A DNA stretch of 63,394 nucleotides, counting the filler, from Olpidium bornovanus S191 (taxonomy: Eukaryota; Fungi; Olpidiomycota): assembly GCA_017911155.1 (NCBI GenBank). It is 31 parts of 31 records of this genome, joined end to end, with 100 filler letters (N's around TTAATTAATTAA, not from the genome) between each part and the next. Parts side by side here need not be neighbours in the genome. Positions count along the whole stretch, not along the records: positions 22,148 to 24,459 come from JAEFCI010005003.1; positions 24,560 to 26,068 come from JAEFCI010002492.1; positions 26,169 to 27,653 come from JAEFCI010001859.1; positions 27,754 to 29,564 come from JAEFCI010010224.1; positions 29,665 to 32,091 come from JAEFCI010008721.1; positions 32,192 to 33,911 come from JAEFCI010006797.1; positions 34,012 to 35,034 come from JAEFCI010004563.1; 24 more parts are not named here. The stretch is one strand, 5' to 3'. Shown here piece after piece: positions 23,579-35,134 of this stretch. The notes below the pieces were generated by a model. That model saw nothing but the letters and a program-made list of their open reading frames with translations, searched no databases and was not told the DNA's origin. Position 1 is the stretch's first letter, and each line of letters begins with the position of its first letter. A program made the translations under genes and the position numbers.

Positions 23579-26399
23579 CTGCTTCGTGAGACGTGGTCGA
23601 CGGAATCACGAAACACGTCACCGAGGGCAAAGGGCAAAAAAAAAAATAGAAATCAGGAATGTGTTACGGGCTAGAATTTCCTGGGCCGGAGCCATTATCA
23701 CGCTGCCCATGCGGGAAGCCACAGCGGGCTTGATGCAAAGTAAGTGCAATGACTTCGCCCTGGTTCTCGTCGTTGGTTCCTGCGCTCGCGCCTCCCGGAG
23801 ACGCTGAAACGAAGGCGCTTTCACAGTGGGAGCCGACCGTAGGCTTGATTCTTCCCTTAGTCACGCAGGTTTAGTTGCCTCCGCGGCGTTCCGCGGTCGT
23901 TCTTCCCTTCCCCAACCACCCCCCCCTTACACCCCCCCCCCGGCCCGCGCCTCCCGAGGACGGGTTGCCTACTACGGGAGCAAGTCCACCGCGGCAATTG
24001 CATCGCTGTTTCTCCGCGTCCCGCAAAGCAAAGGAGTGATTTCCTCAAAGGCATCCCCTTTCGCCCCAGTGGAATGGGGTTCCTTGGCGGCGAAGACGCC
24101 GTTCCGCCCGGACTCCCCCGCCGTTCGCAGACATGGCCGGTCGCTAGCCGCAGCAAGAGCAGGAGTGGCGCAAGGAGCACGACGGAGGTCGAAGCACGAG
24201 GCTTCAAGGCGTCAGGCGGACCGACGCCTTCCCGTTTCGGGAGCTGGAGGCGGAGGGAGAGGGGGGGGGTCCGGAAGATGGGAAGGAAGGGGGGCGTTCG
24301 TTCCCGGTGCTGTGTGTGTCGGCGGGGTCTCCCCCTTGTTCGCTTGGTCAGGTAAAAGAGAAAGAAGAAGGGGCGGGAGGGGAGCCCTGTTGCGCTTTGG
24401 GCGAGAAAGCACGGCGGAAAGGGCGTGACCTCCCTCCGGCGCACACAGACACACGCATGNNNNNNNNNNNNNNNNNNNNNNNNNNNNNNNNNNNNNNNNN
24501 NNNTTAATTAATTAANNNNNNNNNNNNNNNNNNNNNNNNNNNNNNNNNNNNNNNNNNNNACGTCTTCCGCATCCGAGTCTCGACTGTCGACATTCTCGCA
24601 GCCTTCGCCGTCGCAGCGTGGACTGCCGTCGAGCGGGACCGTCTCCCTGTTCGTCTGCCGTTGGGAGGAATGCGCCATGGCCTTTGCCACCGAGGCGGTG
24701 CTTCGGGGCCACGTCCGCTCGGCTCACTTTGGCTAACAAGAAACTCTGGCCCCCATGTCATTCCCCCCCCCCCCCCCCCACCCCCCTTCTTTGTTCCCGC
24801 TTGTTAATCCGCCCTGCATTTCCGGTACACGGGCCCCCCCTTCTCCTCTCCCCTCCCCCCACCCGAATCGCCGTGTTTTTCCCAAATCCGTCATCCGGCC
24901 GCACCCGCATTTTGTTTTTTGACAGCCACTTATCAACCATAGCCTCTCCACCGGTGAACACACCTTCCATAATACCGCATTTTAGCCCCCCACCCCCCAT
25001 GTAAATACTCATCCCTGCTAACCGTTCGATCATCCCACTTCTCGGAACCCCTGTTGCCATCCCTGTAATTGCACGTATCTTTCGTAGGCTGCTATCCCGT
25101 GATTACACCTTTCTTCCTCCCGGTTGATATCCCGTGATTACGCGGTTCCCCCTCACCCCCACCCCCCCTTCCCCCCGGGATTTCGCCCACTCAGATGAAC
25201 CGCGTGTACCAGACCTGTAATATTTTTTTGGCCGGTTCCCCGAGGACCGACGATGACGACCCCTTTTTTCCTCTTCCCTGGCGGCTGCAGAATTTTTTTT
25301 CTTTTTTTTTTTTTTTTTTTTTTTTTTTTACGTCGCAGACTTCCGGAAGTTCCCCGCAAACAGGAGGGCCGATTCCTGTTCGACGTCCAGCCGGCCCAAG
25401 TCAGGGGGCCGGGGCGGCATCTCCGAAAGGTTTCCCCCTTTTCCTTTTTCGACTTTTTTTTTTTTTTGAAACACGCGTGCGCCCGGCGTTCGATTGTCTG
25501 GGCAAGGAACATATATAAAAACAAACAACAAAAAAAAATTGAAAATAAAAATTAAAAAAGGGAACGCGCGGCCGTTGGCAGACCCCCCCCCCCCCCTTTT
25601 AGTAACTTCTGAGCCCGGACGGCAAAAATAAATGCCGAGAGGGAAGAAGCGAAAGCGGAAACTTTCGGCTTCTGCACCCAACGTGCACGCGGGCCAGACG
25701 GGAGAAAGTTGGGAAGGGGGGGGGGGAGGGGGTTGGCTCTTGCCTCCTGCGCCTTCGTGTGAGCAGAACGAAAATCCGGGCCCCCGGTCTCGCGGTCGGC
25801 TTCTTATATCGCCCGTTTCTCGTTCTCCCCCCCCCCCCCCCCCCCACCACCAACCCTACTGGCGCACGAAAAATCAAGTGGCGCCAAAAGGGGGCGTGGC
25901 CGAGCTGTTGCGCGCACTCGCACGGCGCCCACCGACCTCTGGTCGTCCCCCGCCGTAGAATCCTTGGTGAATCTGGACTATGAAAAGGGCCTAAAATAGA
26001 CGGTCCGTATCTCTTTGAACGAAGTTCTCTCTTTTCGACAGCTCGTCACCGCCATACCTGCGTTCTGCNNNNNNNNNNNNNNNNNNNNNNNNNNNNNNNN
26101 NNNNNNNNNNNNTTAATTAATTAANNNNNNNNNNNNNNNNNNNNNNNNNNNNNNNNNNNNNNNNNNNNCATGTTGTTTGAAATGTTGGTTTCAGACTACA
26201 GGAGTGGTAACTCGCGTGCTTGGGGAACTGAAAAAATGGTTGTACTTTTAGAAGAACTTTTAAAAGAAATTATAAAAGTTGGTGACAATACAGAAAGATA
26301 TGCAATCATAATTCTGAAATTCATACTTAGAAGTGTCATAGCGGCGGTGGAAATGGAGGAAGCGGACATCCGGGCAAGAGCGGAAGCGCTTCGGTAAAA

Positions 26400-27653
26400 G
26401 TTTTTACCAGAGAGATACTCGCTGGAGTCCGAGCGGATCGCGTCAAAAACCTCCTCGTAGCGTTTTCGACAATCCGGGGGTATGCCTGCGGCGGTCTGCT
26501 CCGCGCCGGCGGCGACCGGGCCGACTCCAGACTGCGGCGTGACGGATATGCTTGGGGCCCGCGACGGCAACGACGGGGGAATCGGCCGCTGCGTGATGGA
26601 TACGGTTGCGGACCGCGACGGCAGCGAGGGGGGCGTCGGCCGCGGCGCTGCCCTGCTTCCAATCAACGACGCGTCGGCGGCCAGTGCGGGTTCTCCTCCC
26701 GCATGGCGGCCCAGGTATTAATAAGTACCAGCCACTAACTTGAAATATACTGATTGTACTTGCACTATATGGTGCACATATGTAATAGTATTGCACTGGA
26801 GGCAAAGCTCATTGTAAATGTTCGTAGGCGGCCGCCCCCGGGCGGTACGCCGCGATCGGGTCGTCGACAATGTCGCTCGCGGCTTGATACGCGTGGGCTT
26901 CCGCGTGCCGTGTCGCCGCGGCTACCGCGGCCCCGAACGCGCGGTCTTTGCCCGGGAGCTTGTTGGCGATCTTGCCGTACCGCGACTGGTCGAGCTCCGC
27001 GCGCCCCTGCGCGAACGAGGCCGAAACGGAAGCGGAGGCGGCCTTCGCGGCCTGAGTCTGCGCGAAGTCCTTTACCTGAGGGAGGGGTTTTACCAGGCCG
27101 TGCGATGTGTGAGCTGCGGGCGCCCCCTTCCCCCCCCATCCCCCTCCGCAAGAACCGGCGGGGAACCGCAAGCTGGAAATTTTGGGGCGACCCACCTTCG
27201 GCCCTGGTCCCTGAGAGGACTGAGTCACCGGGCCGCGCCTGCACCGGACTGCAAGGCGCCGAAGACGCCGGCGTCGGCTCCGCTGACGGCGCACTCTTGC
27301 GGGCCGGCAGCGACGGCGGCGCGGCTTGAGGCCCGGCGGCGGGCAACCCGACCCGCGAGGTCGGGCCCGAAGGCAGCACGGGGGGGCGCCGGTTTGTCCG
27401 CGGCCGCGTCGCTCCCGACTTCCGATTTCGGCGCCCGGCGCGGCAGCAACGGCCGGGTGGACACCGGCGGCGTCGCGAAAGAGTGCGGCGCCGGCGGCGC
27501 CTGTACCTCGACGGACCGGACCAACTCCGGCGACCGCGGCGCGCTAGGTGAGGGCACCTGCGCGTCGCCTCCCCTGAGCGCGGCGGACTTCGGCTTGACC
27601 GGCGGCTTCAGACTGCCGTCGCCCGACGAGAGGCTGGAAACCGACGCCGAGCG
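26400..27653 (-). CDS. Pro-rich, EH-domain-containing endocytic-type protein fragment, frame interrupted by an AT-rich insert
   Basis: PPSLPSR motifs twice, then IPPDCRKRYEEVFDAIRSDSSEYLSG, resembling the first helix/EF loop of an EH domain, ending at a GT donor near 26409. The upstream exon KIANKLPGKDRAF...AAAYE is separated by a 106-bp insert. Confidence 0.45.
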
Positions 27654-27917
27654 NNNNNNNNNNNNNNNNNNNNNNNNNNNNNNNNNNNNNNNNNNNNTTA
27701 ATTAATTAANNNNNNNNNNNNNNNNNNNNNNNNNNNNNNNNNNNNNNNNNNNNCCCCCCCCCCCCCCCCCCCCCCACATTCGACAGCCGCCATCTTGACA
27801 AATATGAAGTATGCAACAGAGGTTTTGTATTTACATTTACGCTCTTTTTTCCCTTCGTTTTCCCCTTTTTTTTTTTTTTTTTTTTTTCGTTTCTTTCACT
27901 TTTTTTTGCCTCGTTTC

Positions 27918-29540
27918 TCAGTACCGGCGGGCCGCCGCGTCCTGCCTAATCAGCTCTCGTTGCCGCTTCCGGCGGGCGTACATCCTCGCGACCACGACGA
28001 CCGCCGACGCGCCGAGCGCGCCGGTGACCGCTTTCCACGCGTCGTCGGGCGGAAGTGTGAAGTGGAACGCGACGCCGACGAGGAGGCCCAGCAGCAGGAT
28101 GAGGGGGTACTGGTGCCGGCGCAGGCTGCGCTGCAGGTACCTCGGCGACCTTCCCGCCCATGTCCCCAGCCGGTCCGTCTCTTTGGTCCGGTCGTCGGCG
28201 TCGAGCGGCCCCGCCGCCGCATGGCCCCCGTCGACGGCGTCGGTCGACGGGTCCCCGGCGACGTTCGAGAGGCTCATGACCCCGTGGCCTGGGACGAGCA
28301 CGGTTCCCGGTCCCCGGGGGAGCTGCTGCCCCCGAGGAGGCCCCGCCGCGTGCGCCGGCTGCGGCGCGGGCGGCGGTCCGCCCCCCGTCCCCGGCGCGAA
28401 CGTCCGTTCCGCGTCGCCGGAAACCGCCCGCCCGTCCGGCGGGCCGTCTTCTTCCTCCTCGTCCTCTTCCGTCAGCAGAATCCCCTCCTGCCGCAGCACC
28501 GCCGGCGGTATCTCAAACAGGCGCGAGTCCGCGGCGTCGACGGCGTTGACCTCGAAGATCTTCCTCAAGGACGCCATCGTCAAAAAGTGGTCGTCGGTGC
28601 CGATGAACACGGCCTGGTATCCGGGCCAGTCCGCGGCCGCTTCCGCCGCGGAGAGCCCCGCCGGCGACCTGACGTCTCCGCCAAATCTCTCGGAGTCGAT
28701 CGTCGCCGCCGACGTCGACGAAACCAGCCCGGCCTGCTCTTCATCTTCCCCTTTTTCTCCGCGTCGCCCCTCGTCGGAAACCGACCCCCGGCCGGCACCG
28801 CCGGCGGCGCCGCCGTCGAACGGACGACGCACCTCTGGCGGATAATCAGGGATCTGGTAGGCGAGAAGGCCTCCCGTTTCTTCGGGGCTCCTTGCCCACG
28901 ACTTTCGGTGGAGCTTCACCTTCAGGGAAGGTTCCGACGACGTTATGGACCGCCTCTTCGCGTCCGCCAGCGACGGCTCCCCGTCGGCCGTTTCGACGGA
29001 GGGGGTTCTCCGCACGGCCGTTTGTTGCGAGGCGCCTTTGCACCGCGGGATGTTCAGCGACTCCGACAGGCGGTCGTGTGCGTACTGGTGTGACGCTCCC
29101 GCCGCGGCTGCCGGGCAGGGGGATGGCGTGACTCCCGCGGCCTGGTCGTGCACGATCTCCGGGAAGTAAGGCCCGCTGACTTCGGCGACAGTCATCGACC
29201 CGTTGTCCCTCTCCAGGGCCGCCTTCATCATCCGTTCGAAGGACTGCCGCCGCGCGGCCAGGTCGACCTGATTGAGATTTGTGCCGCTGCTGCTCCCCCG
29301 GACGTTGGCCGCGGCGGGTGCCGGGAGCCCCGCCGAGCGCTTCTGGCCGGCCGGCAGCCGCGAGTCTGCGCGCTCGCTGACCGGAGGGCCTCGCCGGCCG
29401 TCCGCCTGCACCGTCCCCTCTTTTCTGTACCTGGTCGGCATCACCATGAAATAGCTCACGTCCCCGAGAATCTGCGTTCGATTGCGAAGGGTGTTGCGAT
29501 GCGGAACGGAAAGCGGGATTGTCCCGCCACGCCCGGTCAC
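27918..29540 (-). CDS. Hypothetical protein, long disordered region with two C-terminal transmembrane helices (probably last exon of a larger gene)
   Basis: 540-codon open frame ending YPLILLLGLLVGVAFHFTL...AVTGALGASAVVVVARMYARRKRQR. Plausible acceptor near 29470 (gaacgcag|ATT CTC). No family recognised. Confidence 0.55.
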   Translation of the reverse strand: MTGRGGTIPLSVPHRNTLRNRTQILGDVSYFMVMPTRYRKEGTVQADGRRGPPVSERADSRLPAGQKRSAGLPAPAAANVRGSSSGTNLNQVDLAARRQSFERMMKAALERDNGSMTVAEVSGPYFPEIVHDQAAGVTPSPCPAAAAGASHQYAHDRLSESLNIPRCKGASQQTAVRRTPSVETADGEPSLADAKRRSITSSEPSLKVKLHRKSWARSPEETGGLLAYQIPDYPPEVRRPFDGGAAGGAGRGSVSDEGRRGEKGEDEEQAGLVSSTSAATIDSERFGGDVRSPAGLSAAEAAADWPGYQAVFIGTDDHFLTMASLRKIFEVNAVDAADSRLFEIPPAVLRQEGILLTEEDEEEEDGPPDGRAVSGDAERTFAPGTGGGPPPAPQPAHAAGPPRGQQLPRGPGTVLVPGHGVMSLSNVAGDPSTDAVDGGHAAAGPLDADDRTKETDRLGTWAGRSPRYLQRSLRRHQYPLILLLGLLVGVAFHFTLPPDDAWKAVTGALGASAVVVVARMYARRKRQRELIRQDAAARRY

Positions 29541-31203
29541 AAGCGTCGCTCTCCTTGCTCTTCCNNNNNNNNNNNNNNNNNNNNNNNNNNNNNNNNNNNN
29601 NNNNNNNNTTAATTAATTAANNNNNNNNNNNNNNNNNNNNNNNNNNNNNNNNNNNNNNNNNNNNCCTGCCATCCCGCCGAGCCGTTCGAGTACATTTTTG
29701 ATGTCCATTAATTCTCCGTATAATGCAAAGGTTATCCGTTTAAATCTGCTCCATATCCGTTCCCTAGCATTGTTTTCCTCGGTTTATTTTTTGCCGTGGA
29801 TGTTCACTACGGTTTTACTTGATGAGATCGCCCGGTTGTGAGCCTTATGAACCGAAACGGGAGTAGGGAGGAAGGGTGATGTGGAGGAGTCGGGGAGCGG
29901 GGATATTTCAGAAAGGAAGATCATAGATAGTGGATGCAGTGGCGGGGGATAAAAGTGCTGGAGTAGAAGGGACTGTACGCACCCGAGGCAAGAGGCAGAT
30001 CTGTATTTAAGGTTTCCACGACTTGATCTTCAATTTCACGAGGAGCGGTGGCGTCGACAAGTTGACCACGTTCCTCAATAGGCTGAAAGCCTCTCTGACG
30101 CTCGACTTGAGGCCGTTATCGCCTCAAAGTGGGCTCCGTTAAAGCAGTGAATTAACGTCGTGGACAAAACTAAATGGCGCACGGCAGAAAGAAAAGAAAC
30201 GCCCATTCCCCCACTCCCCCCCCCCCACCTTCCCTTTGTAAAATATGCCGTTATAGACTCCGCCCGGCGTCCCCAAAAACAAAAGCAAAAGGAAAACACA
30301 ATAACACAGAACTGCACGAGGAGCCTCCGGAGCCTTCATCTTCCTTCATTCCCCCCCCCCAACCCCCCCCCCACCATCACCACTCCGGACCCAACGCAAG
30401 GAAAACAGTGCGGACCGCGTGCGGACGTGGCACTTTGTCTTAGAAAATTATCAGAGAATATAATATTGGGCTTAAAGAACCATATGCGAGCGTGGGGGAA
30501 AACTTTTGCAAAGTGGGATGCAAGAGAGGTGGATAGCGGGTAGGGGGAAAAGATACAAAAAAATCCAAAATAGGGGCGCGCAAAGGAAAATTTGAAAGAC
30601 AAGGCGGACTATGAGAGCAAACTCGGAGTGGTGGTGGTAGCCAACTGAGGGCCGGATTGTTGGCCGTAAAAGTTTGAGGCCCCCGCGGCCTTTTGCGGGA
30701 CGCGGAGGAAAGCTGTGCGAATCGTTCGTTTCTCTCGGGTGCGGGGAGGTTGGTGTGGGGAGCGAGGCATCGGGAATGGGCCTCCATCGGATGTTCAAGA
30801 CGTGTCGGTCGCGGCGGCGCCTTGGCCAAATCGCTTCAAATGCTTGCGGCGAAGCACGTTCTCGAACGCGCGTTTGACGGCAGAGGGTTGGTAGACACGG
30901 CCCATGCTGCTTTGTGCGGTATGCCGCGTAGGCTACGCCGGCGCGGTTTGCAACTGTCATTCTCGCTCACGCGACTATTCCACCTTCTCGCCGCAATTTG
31001 CGAACGAAAGGTGACGGCGCCGTTGACGAGCCGACACAAGCATACTCGAACGGCCTTCCTGAGAATTGCGGGAGACGCTTCGCCTGTTCCCGGCGGATTC
31101 TCGCGTCGGCGGTGCGGAGCTAGCCTGGCTGGGCGGTGGGGCGGCTGGTAAGAAACCGGCCGAACGACGGAAAAATCATAAGCCAACGGAAACGGCTTGC
31201 GGC

Positions 31204-31238
<35 letters not shown>

Positions 31239-31514
31239 GCAAAAAAAACTGGCCCCCGCGAATCCCGCTGCAGACGCTTGGTCACGTGACCGGCATTCGG
31301 TCCACCTTCCCCCGACCTTGCCGACTGCCGAAATACGCCACCATCTTCCTTCGCTGACAACCCCCGCATCTGCTTTGGCGAGCTGTTCAGGTTATTCACG
31401 CGGTCCACCGCGTGCCTTGCGATCCGTGCAGCCCGTGCGTAGCCTTTGGAGTCGCAGTCCTGCGCAGTGCCACCTTCAAGGGTGGTGGTTCTAGAAGGAG
31501 AAGCTTATAGGGCG

Positions 31515-32091
31515 ATGCCGTCGCAGAACGACGACTCGAGGCCCACCGTAGCGGAGGAGCTCGACCTGCTCTGCTCCGTCATAGACGACCACCTGGCCGA
31601 CTACCTTGCCCACGTGCAGGCCTACCTGGCTCAGAGGACAAGGGCAGAGACGCTGCTCAACAACGTAAGCGTACGGGGAAGCGCGGCCCCGTTGGCGACG
31701 ACGCTGGGGCCAGGGCATGAATGTCACGTCTCACAAACTCCCGCGTTCGCGCGGCTCGCCCCGCGTAGGGCTTCCTTGAGCTCGCGCAAACCAAGTTTGT
31801 GCTGGGCCCAAACCGACTGACTCGCTTCCAGTATGACGGGCGCATGCAGGCCGGGACGCGAATGTGAGCGCGCCCGGCTCGCGTTTTTGACGTCGGGTGC
31901 GAGCCAACGCGGGCAAGCCGCTGGAATCAGGTTGTTACCGTCGACCCCGTCTTAAAATGCTTCCCCTCCACCCCCTCCCCCACCTCCACGCACACGCGCA
32001 CGACGTCTCCGGGGATATTCTCCCCAGAAACGTTCACGCCGAGTCCTACGAGTCCATATCCAGCATCGCAGCCTCGGCAGCAAAAGTGCAG
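31515..32091 (+). CDS. VMA22: V-ATPase assembly factor Vma22/CCDC115-like (3 exons seen, 3' truncated)
   Basis: MPSQ...EELDLLCSVIDDHLADYLAHVQAYLAQRTRAETLLNN|GFLELAQTKFVLGPNRLTRFQYDGRMQAGTRI|NVH, matching the G(F/W)LxLAxAxxxxG...YDxRM motif. GT-AG intron at 31665-31768 and a second starting at 31864. Confidence 0.65.
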
Positions 32092-32515
32092 NNNNNNNNN
32101 NNNNNNNNNNNNNNNNNNNNNNNNNNNNNNNNNNNTTAATTAATTAANNNNNNNNNNNNNNNNNNNNNNNNNNNNNNNNNNNNNNNNNNNNCATGTTTGG
32201 TCGCTTGTTGCTTTCGATCTGCTTACCTTGCATTGAGCAGCTGCCACGTCGCCTTCGACCAGCGCAAGTTTTGAGTCGACCCGTTGTCCCTGTCGATTAG
32301 CTCCCGTCCTGCTAGTACGCTTTTCCCTCCCGGGCAAAAAGGAGATGACAGGCTGGGTTTTTGGTGCGGCTAGCTTCCCACTCTGCCTCCATTTTTTTCT
32401 TTTTTCTTTTCTCTCTCTCCTCGTTAGTCCCCTCGTCGACCGCCCTCTGTCGTCTTTTCCGTCCCCCGTCGATTGATACCGCGCGGGGACGCGCGTCTCC
32501 GTAGAGGGGGGGGAT

Positions 32516-32908
32516 TGTAGTGTGCCCTCGACGTCGACTGGCACGTGACCTGTACCTATATAGCCAGTCGGGCCCCCGAGCACACCCGAATAGACTCCGA
32601 AGTCCTTCTTCCCTTCGACGTCTCACTACAGTAACGAGACGCCCATGCGCAACACGGCGCACGTGAACCACACAAGGGTACATTGAAACACGACGACGTT
32701 CGAGCGCGAAGACCCGTAGTCGAGCAAGGCTCGTCTACGGCGTATATAAGCCTGTATACATTGTAATCAACGTTGAAGGGCACAGAACTTCCCCCGAACC
32801 CGCGCTCCCAAACACCTCGATCCAGATCTAGCCAGAAATCCCACAAGTCCCCCGAATCTGTTCCTTGATAGCACATTTCTGTGCGTAGCAGATAATAGAC
32901 TTGTTACA
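32516..32908 (+). mobile_element. 3' LTR (393 bp) of an LTR retrotransposon with adjacent polypurine tract
   Basis: Termini TGTAG...TTACA (inverted TGTA/TACA). AGAGGGGGGGG lies immediately upstream at 32503-32513, and there is an internal TATATAAG near 32743. Confidence 0.7.
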
Positions 32909-33420
32909 GCTGGCGGCGGCCGTGAAGGATGAGTAGCGCCTGCCCGTGAGCGGCGGCGGCGGCGAAGAGCGCAGCGACGGCGGATGCGCAGCGGGGGCGG
33001 CGGCGAAGAGCGCAGCGGCGGCAGATGCGCAGCGGCGGCGGCGGCGAAGAGCGCAGCGGTGGCAGATGCGCAGCGGCGGCGGCAGCGCAGCGTTGCTGCC
33101 AAGGCCCTGAAAGATGACGGCGGAAGGGGTGAGCGGCCTGTGGCGATGGTGCGCGAGCGGCCGGTGAGCGGCGGTTCGCGGGAAAAGGGGGGGGGTGACG
33201 GAGGGAGCGCCGGTGGGCGGCGACGCGTCAGATACTCTTTGGGCTCATAACCTGTGAGAGTTATGTGTTTTTCGCCGCGGTGGACGGTGTATTCAGAAGA
33301 GAGAGAACGCGTAAAGTACAGCGTACAACATTGTGGGGTTCCAACTAACCGCCCGGGATTCAAACGAGAGAAAGGAAATAAAGCTATATAATACATGTTT
33401 GGCGACGCATTGCGCGTGCA
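32909..33420 (-). mobile_element. 5' end of a second Ty3/gypsy (chromovirus-like) element: LTR end, primer-binding site and GC-rich leader
   Basis: On the minus strand, ...CTCTCACA (LTR end, 33255-33253) is followed by GGTTATGAGCCC (33252-33241), a post-LTR motif typical of fungal chromoviruses. A TATA-like TATTATATAG lies upstream near 33390. Confidence 0.55.
32949..33093. repeat. GC-rich tandem repeat, about 36-bp unit, 3-4 copies
   Basis: Repeated GGCGGCGGCGAAGAGCGCAGCG(A/G)(C/T)GGC(G/A)GATGCGCAGC. Confidence 0.85.
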
Positions 33421-34144
33421 CACAACGCTCAGCAATTAGAGCCAAAACAAAACCTGCATGCAATTATCATGTTGAACTAGGCCCAGTAAAAAATAAACAG
33501 AATGCCTTTATCAAATTTACCTTGCTTGGCAACTGTAGGCACTGGCCCGCTTGGCGTTGCCTTAGCACTCCATTTTCGGTTTGGGAAAGCAGAAGGTGAC
33601 GAAAAAGTGCTGGAGAGGAGACACAGTGGTCAGCCGCTAAAGTGGAAATTTCCTGCGCAAAGCAACCACAGTAATCCTACCCTTCACAAGTAGGTAACTT
33701 CATCCGGCCGGTAACCGCATGCAATTTGGCTGAACAATACCCACTCCACTCTCACGAAACCTGCAAATGCCAGAATTCATACCTCATTATTCATGAAATC
33801 CAATTATCCCAATCACCAATCTTTACCTTGGAATCACCTCCTGAGGAACAAACTTGGCAGAAGGTACATTTCGGCTCAGCATATGGATGGGCAATGAGCG
33901 AGTGGAGAAAGNNNNNNNNNNNNNNNNNNNNNNNNNNNNNNNNNNNNNNNNNNNNTTAATTAATTAANNNNNNNNNNNNNNNNNNNNNNNNNNNNNNNNN
34001 NNNNNNNNNNNCTCCGGCACTGGCGCTGGGCTCGGAAATACTACGAGGGCGCGGTGGAAATTCACCGCGGGCTCGGAGAATAGTCCGAAGCCCGCAGCGT
34101 GGTGGGAATTTGCCGATATTATGGCTCCCGCGCCCCCCCACCGG

Positions 34145-34177
<33 letters not shown>

Positions 34178-34199
34178 GCCTGCATCGCCTCTGTGCGGC

Positions 34200-34695
34200 G
34201 CAGGTGCAAAAGCGCGTCGGGAAGCTGCCCGAGGCGCTGCGGACTCTCGAACTGGCGGTGAAACTCAACGACAAGTATTGGAACACGAGGCTCGTCAAGG
34301 CGGCCGTGCATACGGAGCTTGGAAATCTGGACGTGCGTGCCGTAGACAGCAACGCCTGCGCGCCGGCCGGGCTGCACTCTGTGTTGCGTTTCTAGTTTTC
34401 CCCGCTGATGTTTGCCCCCCCCCTGTGCGCACCTCTCGAACAGGACGCGATAAAGGAGGGCGCCGCGGCTAAGGAGCTGGCTCCGACTGACGGCAAGGTG
34501 TATATGCAGATGGGGCGCCTGTATCAGCACGTTGGCCGCAAACAGGACGCGATCGACGAATTCGGCGCGGCTGCCGTCATGGATAATAAGGTCTCGCAGG
34601 CCGCCCATGAAGCCATTGAGAAACTGGACTCGTACGACCCCGAGGAGAATGAAGCCGGTTCCATCTGGGAAGACGTTTTCAAGACCATCTGCTGA
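34200..34695 (+). CDS. TPR protein C-terminus, most similar in pattern to APC/C subunit Cdc27/Nuc2
   Basis: VQKRVGKLPEALRTLELAVKLNDKYWNTRLVKAAVHTELGNLD|DAIKEGAAAKELAPTDGKVYMQMGRLYQHVGRKQDAIDEFGAAAVMD...AHEAIEKL; stop at 34695. Confidence 0.55.
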
Positions 34696-34939
34696 AGGCT
34701 TTCCTTTCCCACCCTTCCTCGTACGCCGGAACCTTTCCGCTTATTTTTTTTTTTCACCTCCCCTTTTCGCCTTTTTTTTTTTTTTTTGGTGGGAAGTACG
34801 CGGGGTGACTTTTTTTTGTGGCGATTTCATTATCGCGTCTTCCCTCACCGCGCGATATACCCATCACACCCCGCTTCAGGCTTTTGTTGAGTCGGGTTCA
34901 TCTCCTTTTATTTTCTACCTGCCTCCGTTATATGGCTTC

Positions 34940-34993
<54 letters not shown>

Positions 34994-35134
34994 CCGCCCC
35001 GCCCCCCCCCCCCCCCCCCCGCGCCCCCGCGCGCNNNNNNNNNNNNNNNNNNNNNNNNNNNNNNNNNNNNNNNNNNNNTTAATTAATTAANNNNNNNNNN
35101 NNNNNNNNNNNNNNNNNNNNNNNNNNNNNNNNNN

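Noticed and set aside
25210-25265. P-loop-like peptide GVVIVGPRGTGQKNIT on the minus strand
   Set aside because: Lacks the invariant GK[ST], and no supporting exons could be assembled.
29665-30130. Decayed retroelement ORF (RERIWSRFKRITFALYGELMDIKNVLERLG)
   Set aside because: In-frame stops and no diagnostic motif; cannot be distinguished from an unknown gene fragment without a search.
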